Shown here piece after piece: positions 1-7,281 of a stretch of DNA of 18,971 bases; position 1 is the first letter of the stretch, and every line of letters begins with the position of its first letter. This DNA is from an uncultured Janthinobacterium sp. (GTDB lineage: Bacteria > Vulcanimicrobiota > Vulcanimicrobiia > Vulcanimicrobiales > Vulcanimicrobiaceae), in contig CAZZXB010000052.1 of the NCBI GenBank assembly GCA_964658025.1, positions 1 to 18,971 of the forward strand, in the 5' to 3' direction. The notes under the pieces were generated by a model. That model had not been told where the DNA came from. It ran no database searches and was given only the letters and a program-made list of their open reading frames with translations. Made by a program: the position numbers and the translations under genes.

Positions 1-415
1 CCCGCCGACGCCGCCCGCGGCGACTGCGGCTCCGACCGCGGCGGCGACCGCGGAGCCGACGACCGCGCCCGTCGCGGCCGGCGCCGCCCCGACGCCCTCC
101 GGCGACGCGTTCTCGCGGCTGGCGGGGAACGTCGTCCGAGAGTACCTCAACGCCGTCGCGCACGACGACGAGGCTTCGGCCTATGCGGCGCTCGGGGCGA
201 ATCCCGGCGACAAAGGCGCGTCGCTGAGCGAGGCGACCGTCGTCGACTCGCGCAGCAAGGTCGCGCGCGTCGACGCGCATCCGGTCGCGAACGGCGACGC
301 CCTCGTCAACGTCGTCGTGACGACGCCGAGCGGTCCGTACTACGGCACCTACACCGTCCATCGCACCGAGACGGGTGCGGCCGTCATCACGGCGCACGAA
401 CTCACCAAACCGTAA
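1..415 (+). CDS. 5'-truncated hypothetical protein: Pro/Thr/Ala-rich linker followed by a small alpha+beta C-terminal domain, probably extracytoplasmic
   Basis: Open frame from position 2 (PPTPPAATAAPTAAATAEPTTAP...GNVVREYLNAVAHDDEASAYAALG...YYGTYTVHRTETGAAVITAHELTKP) to TAA at 413-415, with GC-rich third positions. Not in the ORF track because the start lies outside the window. Confidence 0.75.
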   Translation, partial: PPTPPAATAAPTAAATAEPTTAPVAAGAAPTPSGDAFSRLAGNVVREYLNAVAHDDEASAYAALGANPGDKGASLSEATVVDSRSKVARVDAHPVANGDALVNVVVTTPSGPYYGTYTVHRTETGAAVITAHELTKP

Positions 416-462
416 CGCGCTCGCGGAAGGTCCTGAGAGCGCGCGGACGATAGTCGGGTCGC

Positions 463-2052
463 ATGTTCCTGGCTCACGCACGGGCGCGGCTTGCGTTTGT
501 ACTCATCCCCGCGCTCGCGCTCGCGGCGGTCGCCCCGGCATCCGCGTCGGCGATCGCGGGCGCGCGCGTCGATGCGACGCCGAACGGCGGCGCGGCGGTG
601 ACGATCCAATTCTCGGGCGGAAGCGCCCCCGCATCGCGCGTGCTCGGTCAGAATACGACCGAAGTCTCGATCAACTTCGATAGCGCCACGCTCGGCCCGC
701 AGGCGCCGCCGACGATCGCGGGCGCCGGACCCGTCGGAAGCGTGTCGCTCGTCGCGAACGGAAACGCGACGAGCGTCGCCCTGCACCTGACCGCGGCGAC
801 GAACGTGACCGTCCGTACGAGCGGACCGACGGTCGTCGTCACGGTTCCGCCGTCGGCGGCGGCCGCGCCGCCGAACCCGTTCGGCGCCCAACCGCCCGTT
901 CCGGGACCGACCCTCGGCATCGCGCCGGCGCCGAACACGCAAAACGTGTTGGTCATGCTCAAGTACGCGGACGTGAGCGAGATCGCGGGCGTGCTCGTCG
1001 CGAATTCGAACGTCGTATCGAACGACACGTTTTCGCCGCAACAGAGCAGCGTCGGGACGTCGTCGCTCGGGAGCGGCAGTTCGTTCGGCGGCGGTGGATT
1101 CCAACCGCCGCAACAAGCGCAGAGTTTCGGCGGCGGTCTCGGCCAAACGTCCGGCGGGCTCGCGCAACGTCTCAACGACAACATCGCGATCGATCGCCGC
1201 CTCAACGCGATCGTCCTGACGGGAACGCCCGACGTGATCGCGCCGCTCAAGGAGATGATCGATCGACTCGACGTCCCGCTTCCGAGCGTCGTGCTCGAAA
1301 CCGAAGTCGTGGAGCTCAACGATACGGCATCGAAAGACCTCGGACTCGATCTCGCTCCCTCGGGCGGCGGCCTTTTGGTCAGTAGCGCGAGTAGCGGCAC
1401 GTCCTATACGCTCAAGAGCCTGCAGACCGGTATGGGCCAAGTCACGCTCGGCTTCGGCGCGAATCTCTACGGACAGATTTCGGCCGGGAACGGTCGCGTG
1501 CTCGCCAAGCCGCGCATCGTCGCGCAGAGCGGCCAACAAGCCTCGATCCTCACCGGCGACGCGATCCCGATCCTGAACACGGTCGCCGTGCAGAGCGTGG
1601 GGTCTTCGACGTCGGTCAGCTACGTGAACGTCGGCGTGAATCTCCAGATCCAGCCGCGCGTCAGCTCGGACGGGTACGTGACGTCGCACATCTACTGCGA
1701 CGTCTCGAGCGTCACGGGCTACACGAGCGGAGCGCCGCAGATCAGCCAACGGACGGCGAGCACGCTCGCCACGGTGAAGGACGGCGATTCGTTCGTCATC
1801 GGCGGGCTATTGCAAGACAACGAGACGCGGACGCTCAGCAAACTCCCGCTGATCGGCGACATCCCGATCCTCGGCGCGTTCTTCAGCCATCTCAGCACGC
1901 AGAAAACGCAGACGAACCTCTACATCGTCGTCACGCCGCACATCGTCAACGTCGGCGAGACGACGGCACCGCCGCCCGTCGGCTTCCCGCTCTCGCTGCC
2001 GAAGCCGCTCCCGCAATCGTCGGCGCCGCCCGCGCCCGTCATCAAGCCTTGA
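463..2052 (+). CDS. Outer-membrane secretin (GspD/PilQ family) with signal peptide, beta-rich N-terminal domain, one N3-type domain and secretin domain
   Basis: Signal peptide; N3-like segments LKYADVSEIA...DRRLNAIVLTGTPDVIAPLKEMIDRLDVP; secretin motifs LAKPRI, GDAIPI, VGVNLQIQPRV, VKDGDSFVIGGLL, KLPLIGDIPILGAFF, NLYIVVTPHIV. Confidence 0.93.
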   Translation: MFLAHARARLAFVLIPALALAAVAPASASAIAGARVDATPNGGAAVTIQFSGGSAPASRVLGQNTTEVSINFDSATLGPQAPPTIAGAGPVGSVSLVANGNATSVALHLTAATNVTVRTSGPTVVVTVPPSAAAAPPNPFGAQPPVPGPTLGIAPAPNTQNVLVMLKYADVSEIAGVLVANSNVVSNDTFSPQQSSVGTSSLGSGSSFGGGGFQPPQQAQSFGGGLGQTSGGLAQRLNDNIAIDRRLNAIVLTGTPDVIAPLKEMIDRLDVPLPSVVLETEVVELNDTASKDLGLDLAPSGGGLLVSSASSGTSYTLKSLQTGMGQVTLGFGANLYGQISAGNGRVLAKPRIVAQSGQQASILTGDAIPILNTVAVQSVGSSTSVSYVNVGVNLQIQPRVSSDGYVTSHIYCDVSSVTGYTSGAPQISQRTASTLATVKDGDSFVIGGLLQDNETRTLSKLPLIGDIPILGAFFSHLSTQKTQTNLYIVVTPHIVNVGETTAPPPVGFPLSLPKPLPQSSAPPAPVIKP

Positions 2053-2501
2053 CGCGCGCGACGCTCGCCTTCGTCGCGACGCTATTCGTCGCGTGCGCGC
2101 CGCGCGTTCCGGGGATCGCCGATCCCACGCGCGTCGACGCGCACTGCAATCCGCGCGAGGCGCGGATCACGAGCCTGCGGAGCGTCCTGACCTCGACGAA
2201 CGACGAACTCCTCGCGGGCGAGCACCCCACCTTCGCCGCCGTGCGCGCGGAGACGCGCGCGGGCGACGGCGCGATCGCGTATTGGAACGATCAGCCGCTC
2301 GCGTTACCGAAAACCTCGGTCGCGCTCGGCGAGACCGACGGGTTCGTGCGCGTCCGCGCGCTCGCGGTCGCGCCGACGCCGAGCGACGTGCCCTCGCGCA
2401 CGATCTATCTCGAAGTCCGCGACCGCGGCGCGTATCGTTGGATCGCGATGCGCGCGTTCGACGTGCAAGACGTCTGCGTCGAAGGGCACAAACAACAGTA
2501 G
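2049..2501 (+). CDS. Hypothetical lipoprotein, translationally coupled to the secretin
   Basis: TTG start overlaps the secretin TGA (TTGA, 2049-2052); signal peptide with lipobox-like FVAC (Cys16). Confidence 0.7.
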   Translation: MTRATLAFVATLFVACAPRVPGIADPTRVDAHCNPREARITSLRSVLTSTNDELLAGEHPTFAAVRAETRAGDGAIAYWNDQPLALPKTSVALGETDGFVRVRALAVAPTPSDVPSRTIYLEVRDRGAYRWIAMRAFDVQDVCVEGHKQQ

Positions 2502-2519
2502 CGTCGCGTCGCGCTCGCG

Positions 2520-2846
2520 TCAGCGCGTGACGAGCGCGCGCACGTCGTCGCCGACGAGGAGATCGATCGTGGCGGCGACGATCGTGACGAAGAAGATCGT
2601 GGGAGCGATCTGCGTGCGACCGTCGCTGAGGATCGGGACGACGAGCAGTGCGGCCGAGACGGCGAAGACCGCGCCGAGCACGAAGGCGATCGTGCCGACG
2701 AAGAAGGTCCGGCCGTCGCGCAGGCCCCGCACGATCGCGCGGAGCGCTTCGAGCGGCGAGCGACGGCCGATCTGCCAGATCGTGAGCGCGAGCGACTGCA
2801 GGGCGATCGCGGCGGCGAAGCGCCAGATCATCTCCGCGGGCGACAC
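2520..2846 (-). CDS. Small membrane protein of unknown function (about 3 TM helices), last gene of the suf run
   Basis: Three hydrophobic stretches; GTG start 4 nt downstream of the sufU stop (alternative ATG at 2831). Confidence 0.75.
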   Translation of the reverse strand: MSPAEMIWRFAAAIALQSLALTIWQIGRRSPLEALRAIVRGLRDGRTFFVGTIAFVLGAVFAVSAALLVVPILSDGRTQIAPTIFFVTIVAATIDLLVGDDVRALVTR

Positions 2847-2850
2847 GCGT

Positions 2851-3267
2851 CTACGCCGAAGCGGGCGGCGTGTCGGCGCTTTCGTCGGGCCACGTCGCGA
2901 TCTCGCCGAGCGCGGCGCTCTTGACGACCTTGAGCCCGAGCATCGCGCACTTCATGCGCGCGGGCGAGATGCCGATGCCGACGTTCTCGAGCACGCGCTC
3001 GGCGGAGAAGCGTGCGACGTCTTCGAGCTTCTCGCCGCGAATCGATTCGGAGAGCATCGACGCCGACGCCTGACTGATCGCGCAACCCTTGCCCGAGAAA
3101 CGGACGTCCGTCACGCGACCGTCGTCGTCGACGGCGAGATCGAACCGGATGCGATCGCCGCAGAGCGGGTTGAGATCTTCGGCCGTCGCGTCGGGTGCGT
3201 CGAGTTCGCCGAAATTGCGCGGATTGCGATAGTGGTCGAGGATGTACTCTTTGTAGAAATCGTCCAT
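2851..3267 (-). CDS. sufU: SUF system U-type protein (NifU_N fold, sulfur-transfer/scaffold)
   Basis: YKEYILDHYRNPRNFG, NPLCGD (C36, D38), GCAISQASAS (C62), PARMKCA (C107); lies directly after sufS. Confidence 0.92.
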   Translation of the reverse strand: MDDFYKEYILDHYRNPRNFGELDAPDATAEDLNPLCGDRIRFDLAVDDDGRVTDVRFSGKGCAISQASASMLSESIRGEKLEDVARFSAERVLENVGIGISPARMKCAMLGLKVVKSAALGEIATWPDESADTPPASA

Positions 3268-3271
3268 ACGG

Positions 3272-4522
3272 TTACGCGAGCTTGAAGACGGCGGCGGCCT
3301 TCTCGAGCCCGAGCACGAGTTGGTCGATGTCCGCTTCGGTGGTGTAGAGATAGAACGACGCGCGCGCCGTCGCGGGCCAGCCCATCTTCTCCATGAGCGG
3401 CATCGTGCAGTGGTGTCCGGCGCGGACGCAGACGCCCTCGGTGTCGAGGATCGAGGCGAGATCGTGCGCGTGGATGTCGGCGAAGTTGAACGAGATCACG
3501 CCCGAGCGCAACGTCGGATCGCGCGGTCCGTAGATCGCGAGCCCGCGCGCCTCGAACGGGGCGAGTCGGTCCAGAGCGTAGCGCGCGATCGAACGCTCGT
3601 GTTCGGCGATCCACTCCATCCCGATCCCGGTGAGATAATCGACCGCCGCGCCGAGTCCGATCGCGTCGGCGATATTGCTCGTCCCGGCTTCGAACTTCCA
3701 TGGGATCTCGTTATAGGTCGCGCGCTCGTACCGGACTTCGCGGATCATGTCGCCGCCCGTGAGGAACGGCGGCATCGCCTCGAGTAGCGCCCGCTTGCCG
3801 TAGAGGAAACCGATCCCCGTGGGCCCGCACATCTTGTGACCGCTCACCGTGAGAAAATCGATGTCGAGCGCGCGGACGTCGACCGGGAAGTGCGGCACCG
3901 ACTGCGCGCCGTCGACGAGTACGACGGCACCCGCCGCGTGCGCGCGCGCGACGATCGTCTCGAGCGGCGCGATCGTTCCGAGCGTGTTCGAGACGTGCGA
4001 GATCGCGACGATCTTCACGCCGCGCAAGAGCGCGTCGAGATCGTCGAGGACGTGAACGCCCTCGGCGTCGACCGGGATGAAGCGCAACTCCGCCCCAGTC
4101 TCGGCCGCGAGAACCTGCCACGGTACGAGGTTGGAATGATGCTCGAGCTGCGTCGTGAGGATCGCGTCGCCCGCGCGCAGATTCGCACGACCCCAGGTAA
4201 AGCTGACGAGGTTGGTCGCCTCGGTACAATTGCGGGTCCAGACGATCTCGGCTGGTTCGGCGGCGTTGACGAACCGCGCGACCTTTTCGCGCGCCGCTTC
4301 GAAGTCGTGCGTCGCGCGTTCGGCGAGTTCGTAGACGCCGCGATGGATGTTCGCGTTGTCGTGCTCGTAATAGTGCACGAGCGCGTCGATCACCGCGCGC
4401 GGTTTTTGCGAGCTCGCGGCGGAATCGAGGAAGGCGAGACGCTTGCCGCGCGACGTACGGTCGCCGAGGATCGGAAAATCGCGTGCGATGCGGGTCGCGC
4501 GCTCGTGCGGCGCGGCGATCAC
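3272..4522 (-). CDS. sufS: Cysteine desulfurase, SufS (group II)
   Basis: FLDSAASSQKP, ANIHRG, EHHSN, DGAQS, PLP-lysine SGHKMCGPTGIG, catalytic RAGHHC. Start placed at GTG 4522, overlapping the sufD TGA; the longer ORF-track extension is spurious. Confidence 0.96.
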   Translation of the reverse strand: MIAAPHERATRIARDFPILGDRTSRGKRLAFLDSAASSQKPRAVIDALVHYYEHDNANIHRGVYELAERATHDFEAAREKVARFVNAAEPAEIVWTRNCTEATNLVSFTWGRANLRAGDAILTTQLEHHSNLVPWQVLAAETGAELRFIPVDAEGVHVLDDLDALLRGVKIVAISHVSNTLGTIAPLETIVARAHAAGAVVLVDGAQSVPHFPVDVRALDIDFLTVSGHKMCGPTGIGFLYGKRALLEAMPPFLTGGDMIREVRYERATYNEIPWKFEAGTSNIADAIGLGAAVDYLTGIGMEWIAEHERSIARYALDRLAPFEARGLAIYGPRDPTLRSGVISFNFADIHAHDLASILDTEGVCVRAGHHCTMPLMEKMGWPATARASFYLYTTEADIDQLVLGLEKAAAVFKLA

Positions 4523-5766
4523 GAGCGCTCTCCCGTTCCGATCTTCGCCTGGAGTGCGAGGCGGAGTTCTTCGCGAAGCGCGTCGCCCGGAAAGCACGCG
4601 ATCGCGGGTTCGAAGAACCCGAGCGCGATCATCCGTTCCGCGTCGCGCCGCGCGATGCCGCGACTCTCCGCGTAGAACAGCTCTTCGTCCGAGATCGCGC
4701 CGATCGTCGCACCGTGGAAGGCCTTGACGTCGTTCGCCGAGATCTCGAGCGCGGGGACGGAATCGATGTGCGCGCGATCGGAGAGCAAGAGCGCGTCGTC
4801 GCGTAACGACGCGTCGGCGCCGTGCGCGTCGGGCAGGATCTTGATGTTGCCGAGAAAGCGACCCTGACCCGCGCCGATCCCGGCGCTCCGCACGATGGTT
4901 CTGGACTCGGTCGCCGGAGCCGCGTGAACCGTCTCCATCTCGATGTCGATATGCTGGTCGCCGTCGGAGAAGAAGAGCGCGCCGATATCCACGTGTGCGC
5001 CCGCGGCGGCCTTCACCGTCCGCAATTTCGAAACGGAATATCCCGCACCGAGTTCGGCGAGACCGATCTCGAGATGCGCGTCCGCCCCGAGGCGCGCGCG
5101 GCGCGTCATCACGACGGTCGTCGCGCTCGCGGTCCGCTGGTCGACCGCGTAACGCAGATGCGCGCGGTCCGCGAGGACGAATTCCGTGATCCCGCAGACG
5201 AGCGGAGCGTCGGCGATCCCGCGGATGCGCTCGAGTACGGAGGCTCGCGCGCCCGCACCGAGCGAGACGAGCGTATACGGGAAGAGCCCCGCGGCGCGGG
5301 CTTCGTACCCGAGCACGATCGTCTCGTCGACGTTCACGCCGGCCGGGACGTCGACGAACGCGCCGTGGTTCTGGAACGCGAGCGCGAGCGATGCGAATTT
5401 GTCGTCGCGCGTATCGACGGCGACGCCGAAGGCGCGTTCGAACGCGTCGCGATGGCGCTCGCGTGCGAGCGAGAAGCGCTCGATCGTGACGCCCGCTTCG
5501 CGCGCGCGGGGAAGCAACGCCTCGACGTCGAGTTCCGCGCCGCGCCCGTCGTCGAACGGTGCGAGCGCGGCGAGATCGATCGTCGCGAGTTCGCGTTTCC
5601 ACGAACGGCTGGAACGGATCGTCGCGCGCGCGGGGAGTTCCTCGAATCGCGCGAGCGCTTCCTTGCGCCGGGCGACGTCGATCGAACCCGCGCCGAGATG
5701 GCCGACGAGTGCCTCGAGCGAGGCCGTTCCCATCCCGACGGCGTGCGCGGTCGGATTATCGAGCAA
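4519..5766 (-). CDS. sufD: Fe-S cluster assembly protein SufD (SufBD beta-helix family)
   Basis: DALLLSDRAHIDSVPALEISANDVKAFHGATIG, EELFYAESRGI, ALGFF; 415 aa and divergent N-terminus typical of SufD rather than SufB; TTG start overlapping the end of sufC. Confidence 0.9.
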   Translation of the reverse strand: MLDNPTAHAVGMGTASLEALVGHLGAGSIDVARRKEALARFEELPARATIRSSRSWKRELATIDLAALAPFDDGRGAELDVEALLPRAREAGVTIERFSLARERHRDAFERAFGVAVDTRDDKFASLALAFQNHGAFVDVPAGVNVDETIVLGYEARAAGLFPYTLVSLGAGARASVLERIRGIADAPLVCGITEFVLADRAHLRYAVDQRTASATTVVMTRRARLGADAHLEIGLAELGAGYSVSKLRTVKAAAGAHVDIGALFFSDGDQHIDIEMETVHAAPATESRTIVRSAGIGAGQGRFLGNIKILPDAHGADASLRDDALLLSDRAHIDSVPALEISANDVKAFHGATIGAISDEELFYAESRGIARRDAERMIALGFFEPAIACFPGDALREELRLALQAKIGTGERS

Positions 5767-6529
5767 GTGCCGCGACCTCTTCGCGAATCGAATCGTATCC
5801 GTCGCGCTCGATCTGATCGGCGAGTTCGCGTCCGCCCGATTTCACGATCCGCCCGTCCATCATGACGTGCACGCGATCCGCCGCGATGTACTGCAGGATG
5901 CGCGGGTAGTGCGTGATGATGAGGAAACCCGTCTCTTTACCGGCATCGCTCGCGCGCAGCGCGTTGACCGATTCGCCGACCGAGCGGAGCGCGTCGACGT
6001 CGAGACCGGAGTCCGTCTCGTCGAGGATCGCGTACTTCGGTGCGAGCATCGCGAGCTGCAACATCTCGAGTCGCTTCTTTTCGCCGCCGGAGAACCCGTC
6101 GTTCACGTAACGCGAGAGAAATGCCGAGTCCATGTCGAGGACGTCGAGTTTTTCGAAGATCATCGCGCGAAATTTCGACGGCGTCAGATCGTCGGGTTTG
6201 ATCGCCTGACGCGCGGTGCGGATGAAGTTCGCGACGCTCACACCCGGGATCGCCGCCGGATACTGAAACGAGAGAAAGAGTCCCGCCTTCGCGCGCTTGT
6301 CGGGGGCGAGACCGATGAGCTCCTCGCCGTCGAGCACGACCGATCCCGACGAGACCGCGTAATTCGGATGTCCCGCCGCGGAGAACGCGAGCGTCGATTT
6401 TCCGCTCCCGTTCGGTCCCATCAACGCGTGGACCGTGCCCGGTTCCACGAAGAGATCGATGCCCTTGAGGATGTCGACGCCCTCGACGCCGGCGTGAAGG
6501 TTGGAAACCCGAAGTCCGCGCTCGCTCAT
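5756..6529 (-). CDS. sufC: Fe-S cluster assembly ABC ATPase SufC
   Basis: Walker A GPNGSGKST, FLSFQYP Q-loop, signature FSGGEKKR, Walker B/D-loop ILDETDSGLDVD, H-loop ITHY. Confidence 0.97.
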   Translation of the reverse strand: MSERGLRVSNLHAGVEGVDILKGIDLFVEPGTVHALMGPNGSGKSTLAFSAAGHPNYAVSSGSVVLDGEELIGLAPDKRAKAGLFLSFQYPAAIPGVSVANFIRTARQAIKPDDLTPSKFRAMIFEKLDVLDMDSAFLSRYVNDGFSGGEKKRLEMLQLAMLAPKYAILDETDSGLDVDALRSVGESVNALRASDAGKETGFLIITHYPRILQYIAADRVHVMMDGRIVKSGGRELADQIERDGYDSIREEVAALAR

Positions 6530-6537
6530 ACCGACCT

Positions 6538-6567
6538 ATGGTAGAGCCCCGAGGGCTAGAAAGTCAA
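6538..6567 (-). promoter_or_regulatory. Putative sigma70 promoter for sufC
   Basis: Minus strand TTGACT (6567-6562), 18-nt spacer, TACCAT (6543-6538), then 8 nt to the sufC ATG. Confidence 0.6.
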
Positions 6568-6575
6568 GGAAACTA

Positions 6576-6604
6576 TGGACTATCTTCGTTTTTCGTGCTA
6601 GTTT
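6576..6604 (+). promoter_or_regulatory. Putative sigma70 extended -10 promoter for the sufR-like gene
   Basis: TGGACT (6576-6581), 17-nt spacer ending TGC, TAGTTT (6599-6604), then 10 nt to ATG 6615. Confidence 0.55.
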
Positions 6605-6614
6605 CATCGCACGG

Positions 6615-7268
6615 ATGCAGGACGCACGCTTTTTCAAGACCACGAGAGGCAAGATCGTCACGGCGCTCCGACGGCGCCGGTCGGCCTCTGCCGTGGACCT
6701 GGCCGGCGACTTCGGGCTTTCGGCGAACGCCGTCCGTCAGCAGTTGATGACGCTCGAACGCGACGGGTACGTCGCCGAGCAATCCGTCCGTCGCGGTCCG
6801 ACGAAACCGACGCTCGAGTATTCGCTCACCGAACGCGCGGAGACGCTCTTCCCCCAACGTTACGATCGGATGCTCAACGCGGTCTTACGTTCGGTCAAAA
6901 CGGAGTTCGGCGCGCCCGGTCTCGACGCGGTGCTCGGCACGCTCGGGCGTCGCGAGGCCGAGCGCTATCGCACGAAGTTGCAGGCGACCGACGTGCTAGG
7001 TCGCGCGACCGAACTCGCGTCGTTGTTGCGCGAGCAGGGCGTCCGCGCCGACGTCGTCGAGACGCCTTCCGGAGCGATCGAACTGCGCGAACACACGTGC
7101 CCGTATGCGAAAACCGTCGCGGAACACCCCGAAGTCTGCACGCTGATCCACCACGTCCTGCACGAAACGGTCTCGACCGACGTGCGACAGGTCGAATCGC
7201 TCGCAACCGGCGGCGAGTCGTGCCGGTTCGAAGTCGCGAGCGGCCGTCCGTCCGAATCTTCGTCGTAA
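6615..7268 (+). CDS. sufR: SufR-like winged-helix transcriptional regulator with C-terminal Cys motif
   Basis: N-terminal HTH (DLAGDFGLSANAVRQQLMTLERDGYV...YSLTERAETLFPQRY); C-terminal EHTCPY...HPEVC...GGESCRF (C-x12-C-x27-C); divergent from sufC. ATG 6615 preferred over TTG 6501, which overlaps sufC. Confidence 0.82.
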   Translation: MQDARFFKTTRGKIVTALRRRRSASAVDLAGDFGLSANAVRQQLMTLERDGYVAEQSVRRGPTKPTLEYSLTERAETLFPQRYDRMLNAVLRSVKTEFGAPGLDAVLGTLGRREAERYRTKLQATDVLGRATELASLLREQGVRADVVETPSGAIELREHTCPYAKTVAEHPEVCTLIHHVLHETVSTDVRQVESLATGGESCRFEVASGRPSESSS

Positions 7269-7281
7269 GGAGTCCCGTCCC

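Noticed and set aside
1..100. Quasi-repeats (CCGACG/GCGACC) at the window start
   Set aside because: They encode a Pro/Thr/Ala linker; not a CRISPR array or a true tandem repeat.
349..1749. 466-aa antisense ORF over the secretin, and similar long shadow ORFs (e.g. 5186-6544, 7834-9057, 11109-12563, 14835-15785)
   Set aside because: Arg/Ala/Ser-rich, motif-free and overlapping well-supported genes; expected from stop-codon scarcity at high GC.
4523..5602. Apparent 360-aa N-terminal extension of SufS (776-aa ORF), suggestive of a fusion or encapsulin-cargo domain
   Set aside because: It is an alternative frame of sufD with Arg-rich nonsense sequence; a GTGA coupled start at 4522 gives a normal-length SufS.
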